A DNA stretch of 64,000 nt from Podarcis erhardii (lineage: Eukaryota), in assembly GCA_964252035.1 (NCBI GenBank), contig OZ176209.1. The stretch is one strand, 5' to 3'. The notes beneath the pieces were generated by a model. The model was not told the origin of the DNA, ran no database searches, and saw nothing but the letters and a program-made list of their open reading frames with translations. The position numbers were made by a program, and so were the translations under genes. Shown here piece after piece: positions 1 to 13,100 of this stretch. Position 1 is the first letter of the stretch. Each line of letters opens with the position of its first letter.

Positions 1-3000
1 CATGGAGTGTCCACAAATATGCTTTTACTTTGGGTAGCCACCATTGGGCCAGAAGACACAGGCCTCCACCCTTTTCTGGCTAAAGTTGTGCATGCCTTTT
101 GAAGGCAGTGGAGGTGAGGGCACTTCATCCAAGCCAGTTAGATACTTTTGAATGTAGCAGAAATTCAGCTCAATCTGTCCAGTAACTAGGAAACATGAGC
201 TGGGTTCAGTACCATGAACCACGGAAATTATTTGCTGGAAAAGAGATTTTTCAAAAGAGCAGGATGACTTTCTATTTAGCATGTCATTAAAATCTAAGAC
301 TCTTGCAACAGTCCCATGCATGTTTAATTGGTTGTATTGAACAGAATTGTTCTTACTGCCAAGTAGGTACACCTAAGATCACAAACCTACATCCACATAA
401 CCCATACACATGTGACTTTCTACTTTCTGTTTGTCTAGACTGGTATTTTCCAGATTTGTCTTTTTGGCCTAAATTCATAGCCATAGCCTAGATTCAAATT
501 TTCATAGTTTCACTGGGATATTGTTATCCACATAAATCCCATGGTTATTACTATTGTATTTGATGAGAGAGTGCTTTTGGCCTTGCCCAGAGATTTTAGG
601 GTATAGGCAAAGCTGCTTTGGCTGGGCATGTTCTTGAGGCATTTCACTCTTGCCTGATTTTCCAAGTACAGTTAACAGAATAATTTGGGTACATTCTGTT
701 AAGATTCTTCAGGCTTTTTTGAAGGCAGATAGACGGGTTTTTCCAAACTTCAGTTTAGACACTTAGATATGGTGAATCAAATCCAAAAATTCAGATGGAA
801 AGCACCTGTCTCTCTTGCCTAGAAGGTTCCAGCATGTCAGATGTAGCATCCTCTGTTTTCTTTCTTGAGAAGACATGGCAGAACTGGTATTTAAGAATTC
901 TAAGAGACACTTGAATGAAAACATGGTCCGGGTCGTAGGGAAAGATGTGGCCGGCAAACCCTGTTCTCTCTTGCTTTCCATCTGACCCTGATTTTTGCAC
1001 CTGATGAACTGGCCCCTCAGTTTGCTACTGTTTATACAGGTAACCAGCTTGATCCATGAGTCCTGTTTACCCCCATTGATTTAAGAAATGCAGTCAAGTG
1101 TGTTCACTGCCTCTGTACTAGTTCCTGTTGCCTAATTTTTCTTTTAGCGCTACAGAGAAAGTATACAGTACAATGAGAAGTACCTGCACAATGCAAAGTG
1201 GCTCTGGAAAGTCATGGGTATGTGCATTAAGGAAGGGACTCTTAAAATAATTCCTGAGTCAATGTGTTTTTTTGTTTCTACTGCTCCACCAACACTTAGG
1301 TCAACACATCCACCGTTTTTTGCAAGAAAATATCCATGATATCCATGATCATGCTACGAGTTGTTAAGCTCTTAAAGAAATGGGATTGAATTACCTGCAG
1401 GAGTTATGTGCATGATTATAAAATATCCTTGCCTCTGATGGTTACTCTTTGAGGATTTCTTGATTGGTGTCTTATTAAAAAGAGGTGAATCTGCTGTGCT
1501 GCTAGAGGTGGTGGAAAGCCATGCTATTACGTGTCATAGGAATAATTGTGTCTTTTTGTTAATTCCAATGAACTTCATCTCATTCTCTTAACTTCATCAT
1601 TCATTTGCATACTTACATCACTTGAGAGGTGTGTGTGTGTGTGTGTGTAAAACAAAGGAAGCCTGTGAAACTGGAAGTTGCTTGTTTGAAGTCTGGGGTC
1701 AGAGGGTGGTAAGATCAAGGTGTTGTTGTCAAGGAATATATCTGTCTCGGGTTATTCTTGGAAGGATATATGGATATGCAGTAAACACACTCTTTTTGGT
1801 AATGATAACACCCAAAGATCCATTTGAGCTGAAGTGACCAGAGCCAGCCATTGAGATGGAATAGAACTATGCCAGCCAACCTGTTTCTGTCAAGTGGAAT
1901 CTTCCTCCATTTTATACTTGCTAATGTGAGCATCATTTACTACGGGCCTTTTCTGAACTCAGAAATGCATCCTACTTGAAGATGGAATACAATGTTCTAA
2001 TTATAGGAAGGCCAGCAGGTGTGACTGCCACCTTAACGAAAAAACAACGAACATTATTCCCTTAGCTAATTTTTTTTTAGAAGGCTATATGAGGTGGACA
2101 TGATCTGGCTAAAATTGGTGGGAGACAGTCAATGACGTCCTGGATTTTATTAAGGGTCCCCATTAGCTTTCTCCTTTCCCCTCAATTTGAGCAGGGATGG
2201 GAAACATTCCTAATGTGCCTTATGGATGTTGACAGCGCTTGACCTGCAGGAACAGTACACAAATCTTCCCTTTAGGCTTTAGATTTACCAGAGTTAAAAG
2301 TGCTTAAGATTCATCTTTTAAGAAGGGCTTTTGGATTTGCATAGCAAAAAAAGAAAAAAATCCAAAGTGGACCAATATTTTCCACTTTGGAAACACAGCA
2401 CTGCCTGTCCCCCCCCCCCCACCCAGGAGGGCATTTTATACAACAAAATACACAGTCAAGTGCAATTTTAAAAACCACTGCATTTTGGCTTTTGGCTGGA
2501 CTAGAAGGGGGTACCAACCCCCAACCCCCAGTACACATAAATATGAGCACCAGGAATGAACGGAGATTCGCATATTTTTTGTCATGTTAACATTCAGCTT
2601 CCAGCATTTAGTGTGCGGCAAATAAAAGTTTGGTAAAAATTCTTTATTTTATGCCCTGCACCTTTGGGTGTGTGTTACATTTGAAAGGAATAGGGTATTC
2701 TGTAGCTCAACAGCAGCTGCATAAAAAATGCCCTTTTTAGACATGGGCCAATTTGATGCCTTTGAGATTCCAAACAGAACTACTTATATTTGAATCCATG
2801 TTACCCGAATTTCATTTATATATCCCTCATGTCACCTGTTGGTTGAGCCATTCAGATAAATGAGGTATCATATAATGGCCAGCTATGCTTGTAGTGACAT
2901 GGGGACTTCAAATGACATTGTCCACCTCATGAGGAAATACAGCTCACTTGCGTTGATGCGCAACAATGCTGGTTCCTACTTGTCAACTGAGAAAGAGAAG

Positions 3001-3395
3001 CAAGATCAACATCCTCCGCACGATGCATTTCTGAGGCCTTGTTCACATACAGACACAGTGGTGGTGGTAAAATTATCCCTGGACAACTTTAGATAGGCAA
3101 ACCATATGGTTGAATGAAAAATTCCCTGCTGCAATGCCAGCTTTCTGTTAGGCAAAGGCTGTGCTACTTGCTAGTACTTAGTTTTTGTGCGTGCTGAGGG
3201 ACCATTCAGAGCCCCTCCACTCCCGGTTAACCTGAACTGGTATAATCCAGAAAGAATTTTAATATTTCATCTGCTGTTTGGGGAAACTTTAGTCTGTGGC
3301 CTCGCCACAACTAATAACCATCATCATTGACCATGTTTCTTCTTGTTCTATTATTATTATTATTCTTTTCTTTTCTCCCTTGTTTGTAAACAAAG

Positions 3396-3494
3396 ATGAG
3401 GAAAAAGGAGCGTTCTCGGACCTGCCCCAAAAAAGTGATCATGCTCTCTTCTTCCTCCATTTGCACTTCCTCTCCATCGTACCCCAGTCAGCAG
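3396..3494 (+). CDS. MICAL3: MICAL3 cassette exon A, 99 nt, phase 0-0 ([33 protein letters not shown])
   Basis: Pyrimidine tract + AAAG acceptor; CAG|GTGATT donor. Resembles [17 protein letters not shown] of a human MICAL3 isoform (recalled). Confidence 0.82.
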
Positions 3495-6400
3495 GTGATT
3501 TCATTCTGCATGCTCTGTCCTCCTTTCCCTTTCTTCCTGCTTCCACAAGTAGGCCACATACCCTTTCTGTTTTGAGTTTTCTCCTAAAACTGAATAGTGT
3601 CAGCAGACCTCTTGATCTTCCCTTCCCCAAAACCAGTAACACAAGCAAACCCAGAATTCCTTTTATCATTGTTTGATTTAAGGTAACCCCAGAGTCGGTC
3701 ACGACTGGACCTAATGGTCAGGGGTCCCTTTACCTTTTACCTTTACACATATAACTTCTTACATTCTGTTGTTATGGTTACGTTGTGTAGTAGGTTGGTG
3801 TACCAAACAAAAACCTGAGATCTTAGTAAAGGCTGCTGTTGATAGCGCCCAGTTGTTATATTGGGTGCTGTAAGAGGAGTGACACACTGGTTTCTGGATC
3901 TAAAATGAGCAGTCTAGGTGGCCTTCAGCTTGGTTTTGCATTGTAATGAGAAGAGAAGGATAATGTAATGCCTCTGTAGGCTTCCCATTCATTGCTGAGA
4001 TTACAGGTGCATCCTTTATCCATCTGTTTGTTTATTTGAAGTACTTACATGCTACCCTTCAGAGAAAAGCCACTCGCTCCCAAGGCGGCTTACAAAAGAT
4101 ATTTCAGGACAATTTAGCGGTTTAGGATATTTTTTCTCTCCCCTGCCCCCATTAAATACCACTGAAAGGGGTATCCTATCTCAGGATCAGAGCTTATCCT
4201 GGACCTTACTTTCTCTCTAATGAAAATAAGTTAGATAATGTGCCTAAACCTGCCTTCTCTGGCCTGTTCTAGTACAACTCTCATTACCCCAGACCGCTAG
4301 CCATGCTGTGTAGGGTTGATGGAAGTTGGGGGTCCAACGACATCCTCAGGGCACTAGATTGGGGAAAGTTAGCCTTGAAGCAGATACTTACATTTGGCCT
4401 GTGATGTGGGAACTGCTGCAGCACCTCTCCCACAGCACCAGGATGACTTAGATTAATAAAGGGGTCGTGCAGACACCCTACGATTTGCTAGAATGTAAAC
4501 CCATTGTTGTACCTACATTACTTAGACGTTGGGGGAGGCCAGGATGCTCCCCACTTCACGAGAATGACAAGGAATTCCAAAACATAGCCCCCAAAAGTCC
4601 TCCAGGTTTTACCAATTCTAGCCTGCTGCGGTTTCCCTTACTTTCCTAGTGTGTTGTGCTGCTCTTACTTACCCCCACCAACTGACCATATTACCACTAA
4701 TCAGCATGGCAGTCGTCTAGAATGCCTGGGCCCAGCTGTGTTACCTGGCTTTGGGACCTTGGGAAGCCTGCCCCATTTCCTGGTCACCCTCCCTCACTGA
4801 CGTTGCTAAAACATTCCTCCAAAGTAGTTTATTGTTGAATGCTTTGTTCAAATCAGGCACCCCAGTTACATGATTGTGTAAAAAATGTGGGGGCCTTGAG
4901 TCAATTTATAATAAATGGTTTTATTTGAGTTTTTATAATAAAATTAGATAACAGTGCAAAATACACTGATACAATACGGGGCAGTCGTACAATTCATCTC
5001 AACATCAATTACATATTTTATTGGTATCGCGCCATGTTGAACGCTCCATTTGTGCAAGCATTGCAACTTGCCAAAAAGAATTCCTTCTCTCTTCTCCTCC
5101 CCAGCGTGCTACTGTTGGGGTTCTCCTGACCCCCACTCCTTAGCCAATTTCAGGTGGAGCAGGGGGTGGAGAGGAGGGGAAACCGATTGCACAAGGAGAA
5201 GTCCTTGTGCAGGACATTCACTAACTGGGTTTGTTTTGTTAGGTGAATCATGGTACATAGTTTACTCCAGGAGTTCCCTCCACAATGTCAGGGCCAAAAT
5301 AGTATTATTCACAAAGGCACACTTATTCTGATGTTCGCAACATAGAACATGGTTTACTTACAGTTGGAAAAACTGGGTCAGCTTCTCTTGCTTGATCTGC
5401 AAGAAGTTAGCTTCTAAATGAGAAACTTACCACTCAGTCTTGTAAACTATATGTTTTTAAGGTGTTTTATATTTCATATATAGTTGCATTGACTCACAAA
5501 ACTGGAAAGTTGCATGAAACAGTACTATTTAAACAGCACATAAAATTGTAAAGATCCATTTGGAAAGGGGGGGTGCGCATGCACACGTGCGCACACACGC
5601 ACACACACGCACACACACATTTTGTCTTCTGAAGTATGACCAGGTTTGTGAGTTTCTGGGAGCTACATTTTTATAAAACTATACCTGTGTGTATGGAGGA
5701 TAATCAAAGATACCTCCAGGTATCTGCATTCTTGGGGCAGGGAAGATTACGGTCTGTCTTATCGTAGGATACCACCGTGGATTCCGCAAGCCAGGGAGCC
5801 TTGTTTCTTTTTCACGTTGAGGGAAGCCCAGGCTCTTCAAAATAACCTTTGATTTAAAAACAGACTTGGTGATTACTTAAGCTCAATGGACATATCTCAT
5901 TTTGCCTCTAAAGTTCTCTAAAGTTTATTCCTCATATTACTTTTAAAACTAGGATTTTCCAAGGAACAATTTACAGTTTCTTGGGAGCAGTTCCTTCTTC
6001 TGCCACCACGTGTATCACTGTGTGGATATTTATTGCTGTTGTCACCATTTACTAACACAGTTTGTATAAAGTATTGTTTTTAACAGCTCTGCACAAAACC
6101 TCTTTCTTCACAGCGGCCACATGATCTTTGCAAACCTCCTATGACTTTTCCAGGACTGTGGTTTTAATGTTTCTCTTGTAGGGTGACTCCTAACTGAATG
6201 ATGCTATCTTTCTGTGAGTGTGTATGTGGGATTTGTCAAGGTCATTATTTTGCCTGCAGGCAAACAGGGAACCTCATGGAGAACCAGCTGGAGAGCAGAG
6301 TCCCAGACAGCAGCGGGTAAAATAGCATGAGCAAAAGCAGCATGAAGAGGGTGTTTGCACTCTTGGGCGAATGTTGTGCAAGCTGGGGGTGGGTAAGAGA

Positions 6401-7061
6401 AGGCTGGAGAGCTATTCATATGCCAGCATAATACTAATAGCCAGGCTCTACTGAAAATGCTTCGTAAAAATAGTGGTTTTGTGTCTGTGTGGCCTTTGCA
6501 GAATTACTTGCTTGACAGGCTTGTGATCACTTTGAGCATCATGCAGTATGTTTTTTTCCGTCAGGCACATATTAGCACTTTGAATTTGGCATTCCCCATT
6601 TTTCTCTATAATAGGAGATACTACAGTGGAGTAGAAAGGGCCTGCTGATGTGTTGGAAAATATCTATCCATCTATCCGAATCATTATTACCTCGTTCTTC
6701 AGCCAAAAAAAGCTCCCAGAGCAGCTTACAGATCAATAAAAAGCTAGACAGTCCTAGCCCTCAGGCTCACACTTTAAAAGGAATGACACAAAATGAAAAA
6801 GGGATGGGGCAGAAAGAGGAAAACAAGACAATGCAGGAACCAGTTCTTTGTTAGTTCTTTTTGTAAATAGTAAAACTATTGTTACTCCCTATGGAACACC
6901 CTCCCATCTGATGTCAAGGAGATAAAGAACTGCACAACTTTTAGAAGACATCTGAAGGCAGCCCTGTATTGGGAAGTTGTTGTTGTTTGGTGTTTTATCG
7001 TGGTTTTTTGTGGGCTGGAAACTGCCCAGAGTGCCTGGGGAAACCCAGCCCGATGGGTAGA

Positions 7062-7115
<54 letters not shown>

Positions 7116-10100
7116 GCTGGGATAGAAACAGCTCACATAGCCTGATGGAATGCACAATTAAATCTTCATGACAGTAGGGAGAAAGGAACATTTTTAAGCA
7201 TCCCCCCACAAAAGCATACAAAACTAAATTAACTGGAATAAGCTTGGACCAAAGTAGAACATGCATTGAAGGAGAATGAATTGACATAATAAAGGCATGA
7301 ATCGATGCTGCAGTCTGCCTGCTCAATATATTTCTAAAAGCTGCTCATCACAGTAAATAATTTTGAAAAGGAACCCTACACAATACAGTTTTGAGGATAC
7401 TGAGAATTTTGTGTTAAAACATCACTAGCCCCTCAGAGAATTATGCCTTTGCCATTGTTTCCCTTCCATGACCCTTCTCTTCACCACTAGCTTGGTATTG
7501 TATCCACTCTCCAAAACAACCAGGTTAAAAAGTTGGAGCGAGGGAAGTGAGGAAGGAAAACCCAGAGTTTTTGTCCCTGTGTCGATATTGCATCTGCCTG
7601 GCTTCTCTGCCTCTATTCACTCCCTACCTCTCAGTAGTGTGCGTCACTACAGATAGCAAGTGCCCTTCTCCAGATCCCTGTGACACACCTGTATTTCACA
7701 GCAGCTGAACTATCATGCTGCTTTGGCGACACAATCTTGGCTCCTTTTCCTGCTGCTGTAGGATTCATAAACCACAGCTTCCAAAGGTCACAGCCCTCTG
7801 CATGCTTCCTGAGCAGTAAACCTATTTAAATCAGTGACTTCCAGAGTAGACCTAATTTGGATTCGGCTACTGTAAATGGTTTGTGTTATATGTATGTCAC
7901 ATCTGTGTGTGTGTGTCTGTGTGTGTGTGTGCAACCTTCATCCAGAGGATTTTGAGCTCTTGTTCCCCTCCTTGCCCCTGTGTCCCACTTTTTTTTTTAA
8001 TGCCCAAGCACTTAATTAACTGCCTCTGACCTTATTTTCAGCTTTGTTTCTTTTCCCACTGCCATGCTTTTTCCATGAATATTTTCCCCCTGTGCTCTCT
8101 TGTTCATTTTCCTTCACTCATTATTCTGCAGAGACCTCACCAGTTCTTTTCAGATGACCGTGTGCCAGAGCGCATGCTTACCATTGAGCAGAGGGCAAGC
8201 CAGCTGGCTGCCCTCCTGGAGCAAAGGCCAGCAACCAGGCATCAGGTGACTGCCTTCCTGTCTGTCTGGCGCTTTGTGTCTGCTTGCCGTTCCGTAGAAT
8301 GGGAAATGAAAGGTTGCTTGGGCTGTAACATGGCTGGCATCAGATGTCCTGTTTTAATGGCTGATGAGTACACTATCACATTGTAGCAGAACACTTTCAA
8401 GCACTCTAGGGTAAAACAACAAGATCCAAACTCATTATTCCATCTTTCCTGTTAACTTACTGTTCCTGCTTGATGAATCAACACTTAATCTTGCATAGAT
8501 GCGTCTAGCACTAATAAAAGATGTGTGGCATATGTGGGGAGGAAGCTCCTAACTTAAAGGGGCTTTTCAGAGTTTGCACTTCCATAGAGTAGGGTAGAAT
8601 CTGTGTAGAAAGACTCCGCTAGATTCAAGAAGTGTTGGTGGAGCATTGCTTAGCCAGTCTGGAGAGGAAGAGGGTCTGCAGTACATAACTAGCTTTCGGA
8701 AGCAAGGTTCTATAAAATTAGCTTGCTAAAGAGTAACCCAAAACTAATGAAACCAGGAAGTTAACTAATCCCAGAACAGCCTTTATATATAAACCAAATG
8801 GGCTTTGAAAACTTGTTTATTTCTTTAAGCAATATGCACATTCTTTCTATATGTGCTCTAATTTTTAAACATGTATGTCAGTGCCAATATTCAATCATAT
8901 ATCATCAGTTGCTGATCAGAATTTATTTTCTGACCCTGCGTGGGCTGTTATAATGTATTTCATCTCGTTAAACTCTGGAAGGTCTAATATCAATTGCTTT
9001 TATTCATTTTGCCAAACAAAATACTGATGGGGTAAAAAGAGACTATTGAATGCAAGCACATGCATTTTGACATGTGTCTTGCTTAACAGTCTTGCAGTCT
9101 CTTTTACCATGCAGAAATTTTAGAAAGTTGTTTCTTTTCAACCTCCTTACTAGGAATTTTTGGTATTGCTTCATGATTAGAATAGAATTCCTCGTATTTT
9201 ATTCAGGATACATCTAGCCCACAGTTCTTTATAAATCCACTCATTTCTAAAACTTGAAAGATAAGCATCAGGAAGGTCATTCACAGCTGAAATTAGTACA
9301 TGGATTTGGTGTTCCACCATTCCCTCCCCCCCAAATATCAATGTTCCGAACTTTGGCTGGGGAGTTTAAAAGTAGTAGAGCATGCCCACCGTTTTCCTAC
9401 GTCACTTGCAAGCTACAAGATCTCTGCTGCCTGTCTCACCTGCCCCTTTCCAAAAGCTCCTATTTTGAAATGCCGTCTTCTGACTTTCTCATCTTTATTT
9501 TGTAGCCAGAGATTGAGCGATCTCGTCGATCTGTTGTTGAGCAGTGGGAGCTCTCCCGCAACCTCCGCTCTTCCAGTCGCCCTTCTTCTCCCTCCTCTGA
9601 CTCCCTCAGACAGGTAGCATGGTGTGGGGCTTGAGGCTGCACCCGGTTGCACATCTTTGGCCTATTCCATCTCCTGCCACTTGAGAATGTCGCACTGGAT
9701 AAAGCTAGGCTAATAAGTTCTCTTTGCCCTTGGGCGTGGCTGAGCTTAGCCTGTGTGCTTGCAGAAAGGCTTGGGATTCCTCTGTATCCTGGTTATTCCA
9801 AGGCTTGTGAATTTGGAAATGGTGCATATCCTTTACACCTCAGAGTTACTGATTGTCTGGTAGGAGAGAGAGCAATGGCTAGCAAACATTTCACAAAGAA
9901 TATTGTATGTCTCATCCAGAACTGGCTTGTTCTGCCTTCAGATAAGTGAAGGCATACCCTGGAATGCACTCACCCAGTTGGGAGATGTGTTGGGTCCGAA
10001 TCACCAAGCCATAGTTTGATCATCAGGAGTCCTTTGTGGGCTTAAATGCTTCTTCCTCTGCTTTCTCCTGCATCTTCCTTGGGCTTCTTCACTTCACTTT

Positions 10101-13100
10101 CATTTCCTCCGTAGCTATATCTTGGTTTTATTATAATGTTTTGAACAGGTGCTGCCATAATCACTTCTAACTATAATTTGTTCTCAAGTTGGCAATTAAA
10201 ACCAAGTTCAAATTGTGGTTTGAGTCACTCAAATGAAAACAAAATTGGGTTAGCAGTAATTATGACCTGCTAGTTTAACCAGCAGGACGTGGGTGGCGCT
10301 GTGGGTAAAAGCCTCAGCGCCTAGGACTTGCTGATCGAAAGGTAGGTGGTTTGAATCCCCGCTGTGGGGTGAGCTCCCGTCGCTCGGTCCCAGTGCCTGC
10401 CAACCTAGCAGTTCGAAAGCACCCCCAGGTGCAAGTAGATAAATAGGGACCGCTTACTAGCGGGAAGGTAAACGGCGTTCCGTGTGCTGCGCTGGCTCGC
10501 CAGATGCAGCTTGTCACGCTGGCCACGTGACCCGGAAGTGTTTGCGGACAGCGCTGGCTCCCGGCCTATAGAGTGAGATGAGCGCACAACCCTAGAGTCT
10601 GTCAAGACTGGCCCATACGGGCAGGGGTACCTTTACCTTTACCTTTTTAGTTTAACCATGGCTTCCCAGTATATATTTTGCTATGCGGGGAAGGGAAATG
10701 GAATAATGCAGACTGCTACTGACCACCAAACCATGGTGATGCTGGAACTTGACGACCATTTCTGACTACTAAGGATCCACCAATAAGGCTTCATTGTTGC
10801 CAAGAGTGGGATTCACTGTGTTGTCTGTCTCTTAACAGCTGTTTCTAGCACTGGATTTTCTGTGGCCATTGAACATCTACATGATGAATAATTGCTTGTT
10901 TGCTGCTTCACTTTGAGGATGTGATTCAAACCACTATATTGCTTTGGGTGTCTTATAATATAACAGATTAGTTGTGGTTTGATTTTTGAACAGCGTAGTG
11001 AATACTGAAATGCTTGCTGCTTGCCTCATCTAGATTAAGGTTTAAGGGATTTCTGATTGTTCTATAGGAAGAGCTATACTGTATTGGTCATTGTGTCACT
11101 AAATGTTGTCTAATTCTTCAAGATGGGCATGAGGAATGTGGACACCTGTCTGTTGTAGAACTAATATTTCATTTTAAACAATGTAGTCTTGCTCTGGGAA
11201 TTCTGTAGAGTTTTTATGGGAAAGGTGGATTAGATTCAAATTGATATTAGGCAAATGTAATAATCTTTAGCATGGGCAAGAAGCACCATCCTTTAGAGCA
11301 AATAGTCCCCTCTGTCTGCTTGTAGAGTGGGGAAGAGAAGGACTCATCAACCAAGACCTTCCCTTCAAAAGAAAACTTGTGGACTACAATAGACCTGTTT
11401 CTGACAAAGCAACCACATTGCCTCTCATTTGGTTTCCCATGTTGTCCCCTCTACTCATACATAAACAAGACCTACGGTAGAAATAGGCTGAAAATTCTCA
11501 CAATTGTTGGAAATAGGTCAGGGAATCCCCCAAAGATCTGTATTGGGGCAGTCTATGAGGAAGTCTGTAGCTGAAGAGATTTGTTTTGCACACGGTCCAC
11601 ACACAAAAGAAAAAATAGAAGAGGCTGTCTTAGAGACAATAAGACTGTGTAACTTGCCCACAAATGATCTGGAAGTGATCAGTGAAAGCCAGCTTTGCAG
11701 ATGGCACCAATTTATAGAGCATGCTGAAAACCTGAGCAGACTGTGAAGAGTTCCAAAAGAACATCTCCAAATGAGGTGAAGGGGCAAAAAAAAGTGCTAA
11801 TAAGTGTAAAGTGATATATATTGGAACAAAACATTCCAATGCTGATTGAGTCTAAACTGGCTGAGACTGTCCAAGAATGACAACCTGGAGCTGAGGTGGA
11901 GAGCTCAGTCAAAACTTGGTGCAGCAGCTGTGGAAAGACAAATTCCAATATTGCAAAGATGGATAAGTGGTGCAGAAGAGGCACCAAAATACCAGTCAAG
12001 AAGTTGGGAGGGGATTCCAGGCAAGGCTTGTATGTTTGGGGCCTTTTAATTTAGAAAGGAAATACTAAAGGAGACACAATATAGGGTTATAAGATGATCA
12101 TATACTTTTCAATGTCTACATGGCATCAAAGTGGTTTACAAAACATTAAAACCAGTTGCACAACCTTGTTGAAATACAGAATAATGAAGAACGCACCATA
12201 ATTGAAATACACAATAAATCCATCCCATTAAAATGTTAAAATAGAAAGATGTGATTAAAATATGGAATAAAACTATCGCATTAAAACCCCACAGCAATTA
12301 AAACAGGAGACTTGGGTCAAGAGATGAAAGGAATGCCTGTATAAACAAGTGTGCCTTCAGAAGCTGGTAGAATACCTATACAGATGTGGAATGCACTACC
12401 TGCTGAAATATACCCCAACACCTGTGCCATCAATAATACATGATGCGGGGGAAATGTGGGAATGTTTGCCCTCTCATAAAACTAGAACTCACTTAATGAA
12501 ATTGTCAGTAACAGATGAAATAAAGCGTTTTTTTCACACAATATGTAATAAACTTATGGAATTCACTGATGTTATAAGATGTGGTGGTCAATGGCTCAGA
12601 TTGCTTTTTTAATGACTTGTTCATTTTTTAATTAAATTTATATATCACACATCACACGAAGATCACAGGACAGTTTACAACATAAAAAAACAAAATGCAT
12701 AACACAATCATAATAAAAACAACAACACACACACCACCTTTAAAAGGCCATAGATTGTTTAACAGAAGGCCTGGTTGAAGAGAAATGTTTTTGCCTGGGT
12801 CTAAAAGCAGTCATGGACGCGAGTGGCGCTGTGGGTTAAACCACAGAGCCCAGGACTTGCCGATCAGAAGGTCGGCGGTTCGAATCCCCGCAATGGGGTG
12901 AGCTCCCTTTGCTCAGTCCCTGCTCCTGCCCACCTAGCAGTTCGAAAGCACGTCAAAGTGCAAGTAGATAAATAGGTACGGGAACGTAAACGGCGTTTCC
13001 GTGCACTGCTCTGGTTCACCAGAAGCAGCTTAGTCATGCTGGCCACATGACCCAGAAGCTGTACGCCGGCTCCCTCGGCCAATAAAGCGAGATGAACGCC

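Noticed and set aside
6882-7326. ORFs with long poly-Leu and poly-Tyr
   Set aside because: Artefact of the (TAA)17 LINE tail read on the minus strand.
9632-9634. In-frame TGA as selenocysteine or programmed read-through
   Set aside because: No SECIS-like structure or read-through context identified, and MICALs are not known selenoproteins.
10282-10370. tRNA-like A and B boxes at SINE heads (also 12815, 41370, 59032)
   Set aside because: They are 5' parts of SINEs and do not form complete cloverleaf tRNA genes.
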